Shown: in pieces, positions 31,358 through 42,845 of the stretch
Layout of the letters: each line of letters begins with the position of its first letter
How positions within the stretch are numbered: the first letter of the stretch is position 1
DNA from: an uncultured Dinoroseobacter sp.
GTDB lineage: Bacteria > Pseudomonadota > Alphaproteobacteria > Rhodobacterales > Rhodobacteraceae
NCBI GenBank assembly: GCA_964539755.1
Contig: CAZIKH010000001.1
Location: forward strand, 1 to 51,175
Reading direction: 5' to 3'
Length of the DNA: 51,175 nt
Made by a program: the position numbers and the translations under genes
Notes under the pieces: generated by a model
Told to the model about the DNA's origin: nothing
Databases searched by the model: none
The model's input: only the letters and a program-made list of their open reading frames with translations

Positions 31358-33082
31358 ATGTCCACCCCACCGGAACCCGTCGAACTGCGCGACATCCGTC
31401 GCAAGAACCTGCCGCTTTTTGGGTCGGTCTTCGTCTTTTCAATCTTTGTGAACGCCCTGATGCTGACCGGGCCGCTGTACATGCTGCAGGTCTATGATCG
31501 GGTGCTTGGGTCGCAATCGGAAGAGACTTTGCTGACCCTGACGCTGTTGGTGGCGTTTCTCTACGGAACCATGGGCATTCTGGACTATGCACGTGGCCGG
31601 GTTCTGGCACGGGCCGGCGGACGTTTGCAGGACCAGTTGGACCAACGGGTGTTCTTCGCGATCCTGCGCACGGCGAACAAAAAGGGGCCTGCGCGCGGTG
31701 CGTCGGGCCTTGCGGATCTGGAAGCGATCCAGCGGTTTCTGTCCAGCCCTGCTGCGATGGCTGTCTTCGACATCCCATGGACCCCGCTTTTCCTGCTTGG
31801 GATTTTCATTTTTCACCCGTGGTTGGGGACCCTTGCCGTTGTCGGCGGGGGCTTCCTGATCATCGTGGCGGCGCTGAATCAATGGCTGACCATGGCCCCG
31901 CAACGGCGCGCGTTCTCGATCACGCGGGGCGCGGATCAAATGGCGGGACAACTGGCGGCGGACAGCGAAACCATCAATGCCATGGGAATGCGCGACGCGG
32001 CTTTCGCGCGGTGGCGCACCTTGCGCAATGCGGGTCTGGGCGAACAACTGGAAAGTGCCGACCGGGTCGGGGGCTTTTCGTCCTTGACCAAGTCGCTGCG
32101 CTTGTTCCTGCAATCGGCCATGTTGGGCTTGGGTGCCTTGCTGGTGCTGCAAGGACAACTGACCGCCGGGGCCATGATCGCGGCGTCGATCTTGCTGGGC
32201 CGGGCCCTTGCCCCGATCGAACAAGCCATTGGCAGTTGGCAACTGGTGCAGCGCGCCCTGGAGGCGCGGCGCGACCTGCGGGACTTGCTGTCCGAGGTGG
32301 CGCCGGAAGAACGCCAAACCGAACTGCCCCGTCCGGCGGCAAGGCTGGATGTCCGCGACCTGACCGTGGTCCCCCCGGGCGAAGCCCAGGCGGCCCTGCG
32401 GATGGTGCGGTTCCAACTGGAACCCGGACAGGCCTTGGGGGTTATCGGGCCATCAGGCGCGGGCAAATCGACCTTGGCGCGGGCCTTGACCGGGCTTTGG
32501 GCCCCGGCCACCGGTTCGATCCGTCTGGATGGGGCCACCTTGGCGCAATACAATCCCGACACTCTGGGGCGGCTGATCGGCTATCTGCCCCAGCAGGTTC
32601 GCCTGTTCGATGGCACGATCAAGGAAAACATCGCGCGGCTGGCGACAGACCCGAACGATGCCGACGTGATCCGCGCCGCGCAAAAGGCCGATGCGCATGA
32701 GATGATCCTGCGCTTGCCGGATGGCTATGACACCAAGGTCAGCATGGCCAATTCCCGCCTGTCGGGCGGGCAGATGCAGCGGATTGGGCTGGCACGGGCG
32801 CTCTATGGCGACCCGGTCCTGCTGGTGCTGGATGAGCCGAACTCGAACCTCGACAATTCCGGCTCGGTGGCGCTGAATCACGCGATCGAAACGATGAAGA
32901 AGGACGGGCGTTCGGTGCTGATCATGGCCCATCGCCCCGCCGCGATCCAGCATTGCGATCTGTTGCTGGTGCTGGAAGGGGGCATGCGCAAGGCCTTCGG
33001 CCCCCGCGACGAAGTCTTGAAAGCCACAGTTCTGAACCATGAAGAAATCCGCCGCAAAGCCGGCCCCGGAGGTGTGACATGA
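31358..33082 (+). CDS. Type I secretion ABC permease/ATPase (PrtD-like)
   Basis: [11 protein letters not shown], Walker [17 protein letters not shown] and LDEPNSNLD. Confidence 0.93.
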   Translation: MSTPPEPVELRDIRRKNLPLFGSVFVFSIFVNALMLTGPLYMLQVYDRVLGSQSEETLLTLTLLVAFLYGTMGILDYARGRVLARAGGRLQDQLDQRVFFAILRTANKKGPARGASGLADLEAIQRFLSSPAAMAVFDIPWTPLFLLGIFIFHPWLGTLAVVGGGFLIIVAALNQWLTMAPQRRAFSITRGADQMAGQLAADSETINAMGMRDAAFARWRTLRNAGLGEQLESADRVGGFSSLTKSLRLFLQSAMLGLGALLVLQGQLTAGAMIAASILLGRALAPIEQAIGSWQLVQRALEARRDLRDLLSEVAPEERQTELPRPAARLDVRDLTVVPPGEAQAALRMVRFQLEPGQALGVIGPSGAGKSTLARALTGLWAPATGSIRLDGATLAQYNPDTLGRLIGYLPQQVRLFDGTIKENIARLATDPNDADVIRAAQKADAHEMILRLPDGYDTKVSMANSRLSGGQMQRIGLARALYGDPVLLVLDEPNSNLDNSGSVALNHAIETMKKDGRSVLIMAHRPAAIQHCDLLLVLEGGMRKAFGPRDEVLKATVLNHEEIRRKAGPGGVT

Positions 33083-34389
33083 TCCAGCCAACCAAGGCCC
33101 CGGACCTGACAGCGCGCCGCCCGCTGGTCATCGGGGCGGTCGCCTTGCTGATCTTGATCGGTGGGTTTGGGACATGGTCGGTCCGTGCCAATCTTGCCGG
33201 TGCAATCATCGCACCGGGCCAGATACAGGTCGAACAGAACCAGCAGGTGGTGCAGCACCCGGATGGCGGCGTCGTCGCCCGCATCGCGGTTTCCGAAGGC
33301 GACAGCGTGGCCGCTGGCGATGTCTTGATCCAACTGGATCCGACGCTGTTGCAAACCGATCTGGCCATTGTCGAAGGGCAGTTGTTCGAAGCCATGGCCC
33401 GGCGGGCCCGGATGCAGGCCGAACGTGACTTTGCCGATCAGGTGACCTTTCCCGACCTGCTGCTGACCTTGGCGGACAGCCGTCCCGACGTCGCCGAACT
33501 GATCCAAGGCCAGCGCAACCTGTTTGACGCGCGCCGCGCCACGCGGGCCCAAGAACGCGAACAACTGGCCCGCCGCAAAGCCCAGATTGGCAGCCAGATC
33601 GAAGGCGTGGACGCGCAGCGTGTGGCGGTGGTCGAACAACTGGCCTTGATCGAACAGGAGCTGGAAGGCCAGCAAAGCCTTCTGGACCGTGGCCTTGCGC
33701 AAGCGGGCCGGGTGCTGGCGCTGCAACGCGAACAGGCCGCACTGGCGGGTCGGATCGGGGAACTGGTCGCCGCAATCGCCGAAGCCGAAGGTCGCCAGAC
33801 CGAGATTGATCTGCAGATCCTGTCGCTGGAAACCCTGCAACGCGAAGAGGCGATCACCCGGCTGCGCGACCTGCAAGTGACCGAAGCGGAATTGGCGCAG
33901 CAGCGGAACGCCCTTTTGGAACGCCTAAGCCGGTTGGACATCCGGGCGCCCGTCTCGGGGGTCATTCACAACCTGACCGTCTTCGCGGAACGCGCCGTGA
34001 TCCGTCCTGCCGAACCCTTGGTCTATGTGATCCCGCAAGACCGCGCCCTGATCATCAACAGCCGCATTCAACCCTTCAACGTCGACGAGGTCTTCGTGGG
34101 TCAGGATGTCCGCCTGCGCTTTTCCGCATTCGATATGCGGGAAACGCCCGAAATCCTTGGCACCGTCACGCGGGTGTCTGCGGATGCCTTTGCCGACCAG
34201 GCGACCGGTCTGTCCTACTACCGCGTCGAAATCGTCCCAAAGGTCGAGGAATTGGAGAAACTGCAAGGTCTGACCCTTGTGCCGGGGATGCCCGTTGATG
34301 CGTTCATCCGCACACAAGACCGCACCCCGATGTCCTACCTGACGGAACCATTGACGGTCTATTTTACGCGGGCCTTGCGGGAAAGCTGA
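33079..34389 (+). CDS. HlyD-family type I secretion membrane fusion protein (PrtE-like)
   Basis: [14 protein letters not shown], coiled coil, IRAPVSG and LVPGMPVD; ATGA overlap. Confidence 0.93.
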   Translation: MIQPTKAPDLTARRPLVIGAVALLILIGGFGTWSVRANLAGAIIAPGQIQVEQNQQVVQHPDGGVVARIAVSEGDSVAAGDVLIQLDPTLLQTDLAIVEGQLFEAMARRARMQAERDFADQVTFPDLLLTLADSRPDVAELIQGQRNLFDARRATRAQEREQLARRKAQIGSQIEGVDAQRVAVVEQLALIEQELEGQQSLLDRGLAQAGRVLALQREQAALAGRIGELVAAIAEAEGRQTEIDLQILSLETLQREEAITRLRDLQVTEAELAQQRNALLERLSRLDIRAPVSGVIHNLTVFAERAVIRPAEPLVYVIPQDRALIINSRIQPFNVDEVFVGQDVRLRFSAFDMRETPEILGTVTRVSADAFADQATGLSYYRVEIVPKVEELEKLQGLTLVPGMPVDAFIRTQDRTPMSYLTEPLTVYFTRALRES

Positions 34390-34455
34390 TCTGCCCTTCC
34401 CCCCGGGTCGCACCGGCGCTAGCGTGCGCGCAGACCACAGAACGGAGCTGCGCCC

Positions 34456-34920
34456 ATGACCAACGCCATCGAAGACCGCCTTGCCGAACTTGGCATCACC
34501 CTGCCGGACGCCCCTGCGCCCGCCGCGAATTACGTGCCTTTCGTGCAGGTCGGAAACCTTGTGCATGTCTCGGGCCAGGTGCCGTTCGTCGATGGCAAAC
34601 TGACCCCCGGCAAACTGGGCGACACGATGACCGTCGAAGAAGGCGCCCAGATCGCGAAGATCTGCGCGATCCACCTGTTGGCCCAAGCCAAGAAGGCGTG
34701 CGGTGGGGACCTGTCGCGCCTTGTGCGGGTGGTCAAGCTGGTCGGCTTCGTGAACTCCACCCCGGATTTCGGCGACCAACCCAAGGTCATCAACGGGGCC
34801 TCGGATTTCCTTGTTGACGTTCTTGGGGACGCCGGACGGCACGCACGGTCGGCGGTCTCGGCAGCGTCGTTGCCCTTTGGCGTTCCGGTCGAGATCGAAG
34901 GCATCTTCGAGGTCAAATGA
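34456..34920 (+). CDS. RidA/YjgF family protein
   Basis: PAPAANYVP, VSGQVP, HARSAV and PVEIE. Confidence 0.9.
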   Translation: MTNAIEDRLAELGITLPDAPAPAANYVPFVQVGNLVHVSGQVPFVDGKLTPGKLGDTMTVEEGAQIAKICAIHLLAQAKKACGGDLSRLVRVVKLVGFVNSTPDFGDQPKVINGASDFLVDVLGDAGRHARSAVSAASLPFGVPVEIEGIFEVK

Positions 34921-35663
34921 TCCCCCTGCCCGACGTTTTTCGGCGCACGCCGCTGGCGCACCGCGCCCTGCATGATCCCGACCGTGGGATCATCGAAAAC
35001 AGCCTTGCGGCGGTGCGGGCCGCCATTGGCAAGGGCTATGGGGTCGAACTGGATTTGCAACTGTCCTCGGACGGGCAAGCCATGGTGTTCCACGACGACA
35101 CTCTGGACCGCCTGACCTGGAGCCACGGCGCGGTTCATCGCTTCCCGGCGTCCTTGCTGGAAACCTTCGTCCTGAAAGGTGGCCGCGATCGCCCGATGCC
35201 TTTGCCCAAGATGCTGAAGGAAATCCGCGGGCGCGTTCCGGTTCTGCTGGAACTGAAGGATCAAGGCGACCGCGACACCGGCATGCTGGAACGCGCCACC
35301 GCCGCCGCATTGGGTCGATACAAGGGCCCGGTGGCGGTCATGTCGTTCAACCCGCGCATGGTCGGTCGGCTGGCGAAGATGGCCCCGGATATTCCCCGTG
35401 GCCTGACGACGGGCACCTTCGACGGCGAGGCCTTGCCCGAACAGATCAAGGCGCATCTGCAAGCCATCGCGGATTTCGACGCTGTGGGGGCCAGCTTCAT
35501 CAGCCACGAAGCCGCCGATCTTGGCAGTCCGCATGTCGCACGGATCAAGGCGCAGGGGCATCCGGTGCTGACTTGGACCATTCGCAGCCGCGACGAAGAA
35601 GCCCGCGCCCGGACCATCGCGGACAACATCACGTTCGAAGGCTATCTGCCGGACATCCCTTGA
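34917..35663 (+). CDS. Glycerophosphodiester phosphodiesterase family protein
   Basis: AHRALH, ENSLAA and VELDLQLSSDGQAMVFHD. Confidence 0.88.
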   Translation: MIPLPDVFRRTPLAHRALHDPDRGIIENSLAAVRAAIGKGYGVELDLQLSSDGQAMVFHDDTLDRLTWSHGAVHRFPASLLETFVLKGGRDRPMPLPKMLKEIRGRVPVLLELKDQGDRDTGMLERATAAALGRYKGPVAVMSFNPRMVGRLAKMAPDIPRGLTTGTFDGEALPEQIKAHLQAIADFDAVGASFISHEAADLGSPHVARIKAQGHPVLTWTIRSRDEEARARTIADNITFEGYLPDIP

Positions 35664-35705
35664 CGCCCTGCGCCCCCGCGCCACTTGGGCAGGGCAGGCA
35701 AGGGA

Positions 35706-36908
35706 ATGACCGCAATGACCATTGCAGAGACCCAAATCGAACTCAGCGTTCTGGCCGATCTGACGCAGATCTCGGAAGAAGACTGGGATGCCTGTGCTTG
35801 CCCGGAAACCGCCGATGGCGGTCGCCCGTTCGATCCGTTCACCACGCATCGGTTTCTAAGCGCGCTGGAACGGTCGGGATCGGTCGGGACGGGAACGGGT
35901 TGGCAAGGGCGCTATCTCGTGGCCCGGGCCGAGGGCACGATCATCGCTGTCGCGCCGATGTATGCCAAATCGCACAGCCAAGGCGAATACATCTTCGACC
36001 ACAACTGGGCCCACGCGTGGGAACGCGCAGGTGGGCGCTATTACCCCAAGCTGCAAATCGCGGTCCCCTTCACGCCCGCCACGGGTCGTCGGTTTCTGGT
36101 CAAACCCGGGTTCGAACAGACCGGACAGGCCGCTTTGGTGCAGGGCGCTGTCCAAGTGGCCAGCGAAATGGGGGTTTCGTCCTTGCACATCACCTTCTGC
36201 ACCGAGGCAGAGGTGGAGGCCGGGCAAGCCATGGGCTTGATGCCGCGCGCCAGCCAGCAATTTCATTGGGAAAACGATGGCTATGCCGACTTCGACGCCT
36301 TCCTGGCCGCCCTGTCCAGCCGCAAGCGCAAGAACATCCGCAAGGAACGCGCCACCGCACAGGGCTTCGGAGGCACGATTGTCTGCCTGACCGGCGACCA
36401 GATCGAACCGCAGCATTGGGATGCCTTCTGGCGTTTTTACCAAGACACGGGCGCGCGCAAATGGGGCACGCCTTACCTGACGCGCCGCTTCTTTGACGAA
36501 GCGCAGGCGCATCTGCGCAACGATATGCTCTTGGTGCTGGCGCTGCGCGATGGCCGTCCCATTGCAGGGGCGCTGAACTTCATTGGCCGGGACAAGCTTT
36601 ATGGCCGCTATTGGGGCTGTGTCGAAGATCACCCCTGCCTGCATTTCGAACTGTGCTACTACCAAGCCATCGACTTTGCGATTGCCCATGGCCTGTCCAC
36701 GGTCGAAGCGGGCGCACAAGGGGCGCATAAACTGGCCCGTGGATACCTGCCCGTGCGCACCCATTCCCTGCATTGGGTGGCAGATCCCGGTTTCGCGGAT
36801 GCCATTGCGCGGTATCTTCATGAAGAAGCACAGGCGGTGGACCACGAAAACGGGATCCTCGAAGCCTATGGCCCGTTCAAGAAAATGACCGTGGAGGAAC
36901 ACGAATGA
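35706..36908 (+). CDS. GNAT/FemAB-like protein (DUF482 type)
   Basis: [38 protein letters not shown] and EAGAQGAHK. Confidence 0.88.
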   Translation: MTAMTIAETQIELSVLADLTQISEEDWDACACPETADGGRPFDPFTTHRFLSALERSGSVGTGTGWQGRYLVARAEGTIIAVAPMYAKSHSQGEYIFDHNWAHAWERAGGRYYPKLQIAVPFTPATGRRFLVKPGFEQTGQAALVQGAVQVASEMGVSSLHITFCTEAEVEAGQAMGLMPRASQQFHWENDGYADFDAFLAALSSRKRKNIRKERATAQGFGGTIVCLTGDQIEPQHWDAFWRFYQDTGARKWGTPYLTRRFFDEAQAHLRNDMLLVLALRDGRPIAGALNFIGRDKLYGRYWGCVEDHPCLHFELCYYQAIDFAIAHGLSTVEAGAQGAHKLARGYLPVRTHSLHWVADPGFADAIARYLHEEAQAVDHENGILEAYGPFKKMTVEEHE

Positions 36909-37201
36909 CCGACCGTCTAGACGAGACCGCCCGCAAGTCTGACTTGCCGCCCCTGTTCGATGCGGGTTGGCGTCTGGTCGATGGGCGCGACGCGATCCAG
37001 AAAACCTATCAGTTCAAGAACTTCGTGGACGCCTTCGGGTTCATGACACGCTGTGCGCTTGTCGCTGAAAAGATGGATCATCACCCCGAATGGTCGAATG
37101 TCTATCGAACAGTCGACGTGACGCTGACGACCCATGATGCGGGTGGTCTGTCCGGGTTGGACGTGACCCTTGCCCAAAAGATGGATGCCTTGGCGGGCTG
37201 A
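36905..37201 (+). CDS. phhB: Pterin-4a-carbinolamine dehydratase
   Basis: [10 protein letters not shown] and [10 protein letters not shown]. Confidence 0.9.
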   Translation: MTDRLDETARKSDLPPLFDAGWRLVDGRDAIQKTYQFKNFVDAFGFMTRCALVAEKMDHHPEWSNVYRTVDVTLTTHDAGGLSGLDVTLAQKMDALAG

Positions 37202-37231
37202 AGCGGCGCCGACCCAGCCGCGCCGCTTCAG
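37198..37231. terminator. Stable hairpin between convergent phhB and peroxiredoxin genes
   Basis: CTGAAGCGGCGC-N10-GCGCCGCTTCAG is a 12-bp stem with no clear U tract. Confidence 0.5.
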
Positions 37232-37240
37232 GGGGTCTTC

Positions 37241-37726
37241 TCAGACCAGGTCCAGAATGGCCTCGCCCGAGGTGAGCGCGCAGGTTCCGGGTTCATCGAC
37301 ATGCATGGTCTGGACCACCCCATCCTCGACCACCATCGCATAGCGCCGCGAACGGTCGATCAAACCGACGGGCGGCGCGGTAAAGGCCATCCCGACGGCC
37401 TTCGTAAAGGCGGCTTCGGGATCGGAAATCATGGCAATGCCTGCGTCATGCGCCCCGCTTTGGGTGCCCCACAAGGACATGACGAACGCATCATTGACCG
37501 ACAGGCACAGGATTTCGTCGATCCCTTTGGCGGCAAACTGATCCGCAGTGCGAATGAAGCTGGGCAAATGCGCGCTGTCGCAGGTCGGTGTGAACGCGCC
37601 CGGAACGGCAAACAGCACGACCTTGCGGCCCTTGGTCAGGTCCGCAATCGTCGTCTGTTGGGGGCCATCGGTGGTGGCGCGGATCACGGCGGCATCCGGC
37701 AAGCTGTCTCCGACCTTAAGGGTCAT
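37241..37726 (-). CDS. Peroxiredoxin (Prx5 subfamily)
   Basis: PGAFTPTC, SVNDAFVM and RSRRYAM. Confidence 0.92.
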   Translation of the reverse strand: MTLKVGDSLPDAAVIRATTDGPQQTTIADLTKGRKVVLFAVPGAFTPTCDSAHLPSFIRTADQFAAKGIDEILCLSVNDAFVMSLWGTQSGAHDAGIAMISDPEAAFTKAVGMAFTAPPVGLIDRSRRYAMVVEDGVVQTMHVDEPGTCALTSGEAILDLV

Positions 37727-37808
37727 GGGGCTGTCTCCTTTGGATTGTCATTCGCTTCGAGCGCCATGTAGTCTGGCACACAGAACGCACCAGAGCGAAA
37801 GCGAAAAG

Positions 37809-39014
37809 ATGAGCAGAATCGTTGTCGTCGGCGCCGGTCAGGCTGGCTCTTCCTTGGTTTCAAAACTGCGCAGCCTCGGGCATGACGGTCCCATCACCTT
37901 GATTGGCGAAGAACAGGACCCGCCCTATCAGCGCCCCCCGTTATCCAAGGCTTACCTTCTGGGCGAAATGGACCGGGAACGGCTGTATCTGCGCCCCGAA
38001 AGCTACTATGCGGACCAGAATATTGACGTTCGCTTGGGCGCGCGGGTGACCGGCCTGAACCCTGCGGCGCGCACGATCACCGTCGACGGCGCAGCGCTTG
38101 CCTATGACCAATTGGCCCTGACAACCGGATCAACCCCACGGCGCTTGCCGGAACGCATTGGCGGCGCCTTGGATGGTGTCTTTGTTGTCCGGACACTGGC
38201 CGATGTCGATGCCATGGCCCCGCGTTGCACCGCCGGCAAATCCGCGCTGGTGATTGGCGGTGGCTATATCGGTCTGGAAGCCGCCGCAGTGCTGCGCAAA
38301 CTGGGCCTGTCGGTCACGCTGGTCGAAATGGCCGACCGGATCTTGGGACGCGTCGCCGCGCCTGAAACGGCAGATTTCTTCCGCGACCTCCATATCGCGC
38401 ATGGGGTCGATCTGCGCGAAGGGGTCGGGTTGGATCATTTGACAGGCGGTACGCACGTTACGGGCGCGGTCCTGACCGACGGTGCGGTTCTGCCCGCCGA
38501 TATCGTGATCGTCGGGGTGGGCATTGAACCCGCCGCCCGGCTTGCGCATGACGCAGCGCTTGAGGTCAACAATGGCATCGTCGTCGATGACCGGGGCCGC
38601 ACCAGCGACCCGGCCATTTGGGCCGCGGGCGATTGCGCCATTTTCCCTTATCGTGGGCAGCATATCCGGCTTGAATCCGTGCAGAATGCCATTGATCAGG
38701 CCGAAGCCGTGGCCGCCAATATGCTGGGGGCGGACACCCCCTATGTGCCCATGCCTTGGTTCTGGTCCGACCAGTACGATGTGAAACTGCAAATTGCTGG
38801 GCTGAACACCGGTTATGACCGGGTTGTTGTGCGCGCGGCGGACGATACGCGATCACATTGGTATTATGCGGGGGACCGGTTGTTGGCCGTGGACGCAATG
38901 AACGACCCCCGTGGCTACATGATCGGCAAACGCCTGATCGAAAATGGCAAGACCGCCGACCCCGAGGTGATCGCGGACCCAACCGCAGACCTGAAGCCCC
39001 TGCTGAAAGCGTGA
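37809..39014 (+). CDS. NAD(P)/FAD-dependent ferredoxin reductase
   Basis: GAGQAG, PYQRPPLSK, IGGGYIGLE and PWFWSDQYD. Confidence 0.9.
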   Translation: MSRIVVVGAGQAGSSLVSKLRSLGHDGPITLIGEEQDPPYQRPPLSKAYLLGEMDRERLYLRPESYYADQNIDVRLGARVTGLNPAARTITVDGAALAYDQLALTTGSTPRRLPERIGGALDGVFVVRTLADVDAMAPRCTAGKSALVIGGGYIGLEAAAVLRKLGLSVTLVEMADRILGRVAAPETADFFRDLHIAHGVDLREGVGLDHLTGGTHVTGAVLTDGAVLPADIVIVGVGIEPAARLAHDAALEVNNGIVVDDRGRTSDPAIWAAGDCAIFPYRGQHIRLESVQNAIDQAEAVAANMLGADTPYVPMPWFWSDQYDVKLQIAGLNTGYDRVVVRAADDTRSHWYYAGDRLLAVDAMNDPRGYMIGKRLIENGKTADPEVIADPTADLKPLLKA

Positions 39015-39571
39015 GGATTATCGCCGGTCGCTTCGGTGGCCGCGCTTTGGCCGCCCTTGGCAAGGGGGATGCCGCCGCGCATCTGCGGCCAACCACGGAC
39101 CGGGTCCGCGAGGCGTTGTTTTCGACCTTGCAAGGCGGACGCTTCGGCGACCCGATCGACGGGGCCGACGTGCTCGATCTGTTCGCAGGCACCGGGGCTT
39201 TGGGACTCGAGGCCCTGTCGCGCGGTGCACGACATGTGACCTTTGTCGAAAACGGACGAAAAGCCCAAAGCTTGATCACCGCGAACATCGCCCAACTGGA
39301 CGTGGCGGAACAGACGACCCTGCTGCGCAGTGATGCAACGCGTCTGCCCAGCGCACAGTCGGTCAAGACGCTGGTTTTCCTTGATCCCCCCTATGGCAAG
39401 GGTTTGGGCCAAAAGGCCCTGGTGCGGGCGCGCGACATGGGGTGGATTGCCCCCGGTGCGCTGGTGGTTTGGGAAGAAGCCACCGAAATGGACGCGCCCG
39501 AGGGGTTCACTTTGCGGGACCATCGCCGTTATGGTGACACCCATGTCAGCTTTTTGGACGCTCTTTCCTGA
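39011..39571 (+). CDS. rsmD: 16S rRNA m2G966 methyltransferase
   Basis: RIIAG, RPTTDRVREALF, LDLFAGTGALGLEALSRGA and DPPY; GTGA overlap. Confidence 0.93.
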   Translation: MRIIAGRFGGRALAALGKGDAAAHLRPTTDRVREALFSTLQGGRFGDPIDGADVLDLFAGTGALGLEALSRGARHVTFVENGRKAQSLITANIAQLDVAEQTTLLRSDATRLPSAQSVKTLVFLDPPYGKGLGQKALVRARDMGWIAPGALVVWEEATEMDAPEGFTLRDHRRYGDTHVSFLDALS

Positions 39572-39763
39572 GGCGGGGGTTGCGGACGACACCCCCAAAG
39601 TGCGCAGCGGGCCGCGCCGCGACCCGGTGGACGGACCCTTGTTGATGGGCGATCTACATTTGTCCCAAGCTGGACGCCCAGCGTTCTTGCAACATTGGGA
39701 TGGGCCAGACGGGCGCTTAAGCCGCTTGAAGGATCCGTCCCCCAAGCACCCGAAGCGCTAAGG

Positions 39764-40576
39764 TCAGCCCCAAGTCGGGTGGAATTTTCCGGCGGGCGAC
39801 AGGGTGAAGATTTCCGCGCCTTGCGCCGTAACCCCAATCGAATGCTCGAATTGCGCCGACAAGGATTTGTCGCGCGTCACAGCGGTCCATTCATCGGCCA
39901 GCACCTTGGTTTCCGGTCGCCCCAGATTGACCATCGGTTCAATCGTGAAGAACATGCCTTCTTCCAAGCGCGGTCCCGTCCCCGGACGGCCATAATGCAG
40001 CACGTTGGGCGGCGCATGAAACACGCGCCCCAACCCGTGACCGCAGAAATCGCGCACAACGGACATGCGATTGGCTTCGACATAGGTCTGAATGGCATGC
40101 CCGATATCGCCGAAGGTGTTGCCGGGCTTGACCGCCTCGATCCCTTTCATCAGCGCATCATGGGTCACGTCGATCAGGCGTTCGGCCTTTCGGGGCAGGG
40201 TCCCCGCGACATACATGCGGCTGGTATCGCCAAACCAGCCATCCACGATAACGGTCACGTCGATGTTCAGGATATCGCCGTCCTTCAGGCGTTTTGGGCC
40301 CGGAATGCCATGGCAGACCACGTGGTTGATCGAAATACACGAGGCGTGCTGATAGCCCTTGTAGCCAATCGTGGCCGAAGTTGCGCCCGCATCGCCCACC
40401 ATCTTTTCGATAGCGGCATCCAGATCTTCCGTGCTGACGCCGGGCTGAACCATCGGCGCAATCTCGTCGAGGATATGCGCTGCCAAAGCCCCGGCTTGGT
40501 GCATCCCGGCAAAGTCCTCGGGGGCATACAACCGGATCCCGTCGCGGTTCACGGTGCCTTTGGTGGGCGTATCCAA
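39764..40576 (-). CDS. map: Type I methionine aminopeptidase
   Basis: VVCHGIP, DVTV..GDTS, GHGLG, FTIEPM and SAQFEH; TTG start at 40576 follows AGGAG (alternative ATG 40594). Confidence 0.95.
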   Translation of the reverse strand: MDTPTKGTVNRDGIRLYAPEDFAGMHQAGALAAHILDEIAPMVQPGVSTEDLDAAIEKMVGDAGATSATIGYKGYQHASCISINHVVCHGIPGPKRLKDGDILNIDVTVIVDGWFGDTSRMYVAGTLPRKAERLIDVTHDALMKGIEAVKPGNTFGDIGHAIQTYVEANRMSVVRDFCGHGLGRVFHAPPNVLHYGRPGTGPRLEEGMFFTIEPMVNLGRPETKVLADEWTAVTRDKSLSAQFEHSIGVTAQGAEIFTLSPAGKFHPTWG

Positions 40577-40634
40577 TAGTCGATCTCCTGTCATCGGGGC
40601 CAATATATGCAGATTTGCGCGCGGTGCCAGTGCG

Positions 40635-41357
40635 TCAGACCGCCTGCGGGTTTGCGTCGATTGGCAGCCTGCCGCCAAGGGTCACGCCCTCCACGCTGAT
40701 CTGCGTGCCATAGCACAGCATTTCGACGCCGGCGGCCCGCGCCCGGTCAAAGGCCCGCGCATAGGCCGGGTCCAGATCGGCGGCCAAGCGGAAACAGTCG
40801 CAATCGGTCCGCTGCACCAGATAGATCATGACCGCCCGGCAGCCTTGCGTGACCATCCCCGCAAGATCATCCAAGTGTTTGGCCCCGCGCGTGGTGACGC
40901 AATCCGGAAATTCCGCCCATGCGCCGCTGCGGCGCAAATGAACGTTCTTTACTTCGACATAGGCGTCCGGGGACCCATCGGCCTGACACAGGAAATCCAC
41001 GCGACTGCGCGTGGCATAGGGCACTTCGGCCCGAATGACCGGATACCCGGCCAATTCCGGGATCTGGCCGTCGCGCAGGGCCTCCCCAACCACCTTGTTC
41101 GGCACACCGGTGTCGATGCCCGCCATCGCGCCTTGTGGCAGTTCTTCCAGCCGCCAGCCATATTTCAACTTCTTGCGCGGATCGTCGTTCGGCTCCAGCC
41201 AGATACGCGCGCCCGGCACGGCCAGTCCCAGCATCGCGCCGGGGTTCGGGCAATGCGCGGTCACCTCCTGCCCCGTTTCTTCCAGCACGGCGTCGGCCAG
41301 AAAGCGTTTGTAGCGCCGGATCAGGCGCGCGGGCTTTAGGGGGGATTGAAAGCGCAT
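40635..41357 (-). CDS. sfsA: DNA/RNA nuclease SfsA
   Basis: RRYKRFLAD, AHCPNPG, YVEVKNV and FPDCVTTRGAKHL. Confidence 0.93.
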   Translation of the reverse strand: MRFQSPLKPARLIRRYKRFLADAVLEETGQEVTAHCPNPGAMLGLAVPGARIWLEPNDDPRKKLKYGWRLEELPQGAMAGIDTGVPNKVVGEALRDGQIPELAGYPVIRAEVPYATRSRVDFLCQADGSPDAYVEVKNVHLRRSGAWAEFPDCVTTRGAKHLDDLAGMVTQGCRAVMIYLVQRTDCDCFRLAADLDPAYARAFDRARAAGVEMLCYGTQISVEGVTLGGRLPIDANPQAV

Positions 41358-41402
41358 GGGCCGGGGCCTACACCCAAGCCCAACCCACGACAAGGAGACC
41401 CC

Positions 41403-42137
41403 ATGCAAGACGCATCGCCCACCGCCGCGATTCTCATCATTGGGGACGAAATCCTGTCAGGCCGCACGCGCGACGCCAACATGCACCATCTGGCAGGCGA
41501 GCTGACCGAGAAGGGCATCCAGTTGAAGGAGGTGCGCATCGTCAGCGACGACCACATCCGCATCGTTGAAGCGGTGCGCGCCCTGTCGGCCACCTACACC
41601 CATGTCTTCACCTCGGGCGGGATCGGGCCGACCCATGACGATATCACCGCCGATGCAGTCGCCGCCGCCTTCGACACCCCCATCGACATCCGCGACGACG
41701 CACGCGCGCTGCTGGCCGCGCATTACGAAAAGTCGGGGACCGAGTTGAACGCCGCGCGCCTGCGCATGGCGCGCATCCCGGACGGGGCGACCCTGATCGA
41801 CAACCCCATCTCGGCTGCACCCGGCTTCACCTTGCGCAATGTGCATGTGATGGCAGGCGTCCCGTCGGTCTTCAAAGCGATGGTCGCGTCCTTGCTGCCG
41901 GGTCTGACCGGAGGGCAGCAGATGCTGTCGGAAAGCCTGCGGGTCGCACGGCCAGAAGGCGAAATCGCCGCGCCCTTGGGGAGGATCGCAGAAACCTACC
42001 CGGATCTCAGTTTTGGGTCTTACCCCTTTATCAAAGACGGGGTCTTCGGCGCGCATATCGTGGTTCGGGGCACGGACAAGGGCCTTCTGGACACAGCCGT
42101 CCAAGACCTGAAGGCCGCCTTCCCCGGCGCGGAATGA
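41403..42137 (+). CDS. CinA-like molybdopterin-binding domain protein
   Basis: IGDEILSGRTRDAN, GGIGPTHDDIT and MAGVP. Confidence 0.9.
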   Translation: MQDASPTAAILIIGDEILSGRTRDANMHHLAGELTEKGIQLKEVRIVSDDHIRIVEAVRALSATYTHVFTSGGIGPTHDDITADAVAAAFDTPIDIRDDARALLAAHYEKSGTELNAARLRMARIPDGATLIDNPISAAPGFTLRNVHVMAGVPSVFKAMVASLLPGLTGGQQMLSESLRVARPEGEIAAPLGRIAETYPDLSFGSYPFIKDGVFGAHIVVRGTDKGLLDTAVQDLKAAFPGAE

Positions 42138-42841
42138 CCTATGCCGAGGTCATAGACCACACATGGCCCCCTGCCCGCAGGCAGCGGATCAGCGGGATCG
42201 TCACACGCGACGGACAGGGCGGCGGCAAGCGTGTCTCCGCCGCGACAGCGCCCGACACTATTGATGCGGGGGACCTTGAAGCCGTCATTGCAGGTCATGG
42301 ATTGGACCTGTTTCAGGTCCTTGAGGGGCAGGATCGCTTGGACCGCCTTCTGGCGGGGTTGGGGTTCACGGTTCTTGATCCGGTGATCATCTTCGCAGGG
42401 CCATGTCCGCAGGTTGCGGGCGACGGACCGGCAAAGGTCAGCGCCTTTTCGGTATGGCCGCGCCTCGCCATCCAAGAAGAGATTTGGCAGCAAGGCGGGA
42501 TCGGGCCAGCACGCTGGGCCGTCATGGACCGCGTGACGGGTCCCAAGACCAGCCTTTTGGCACGCACGCAGAACCAGCCCAGCGGCGCGGCCTTCGTCGC
42601 GCTGCATGACCGGATTGCCATGATCCACGCCGTCGAGGTCCTGCCAAGACACCGCCGCCAAGGCTGCGCCGTCAACATGATGCGCGCTGCCGCGACATGG
42701 GGGCAGCAGCAGGGCGCAACCGAAATCGCCGCCCTGACTTTGCGCACAAACCTGCCTGCGCAGCGGCTCTTTGCTTCCCTGGGAATGCGGGCTGTGGGAC
42801 AGTACCATTACCGATATCGCGCCCCTGCAACAGAAGACTAA
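42134..42841 (+). CDS. GNAT family N-acetyltransferase
   Basis: Motif A HRRQGCA and NLPAQRLFASLG; ATGA overlap. Confidence 0.8.
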   Translation: MTYAEVIDHTWPPARRQRISGIVTRDGQGGGKRVSAATAPDTIDAGDLEAVIAGHGLDLFQVLEGQDRLDRLLAGLGFTVLDPVIIFAGPCPQVAGDGPAKVSAFSVWPRLAIQEEIWQQGGIGPARWAVMDRVTGPKTSLLARTQNQPSGAAFVALHDRIAMIHAVEVLPRHRRQGCAVNMMRAAATWGQQQGATEIAALTLRTNLPAQRLFASLGMRAVGQYHYRYRAPATED

Positions 42842-42845
42842 GACC

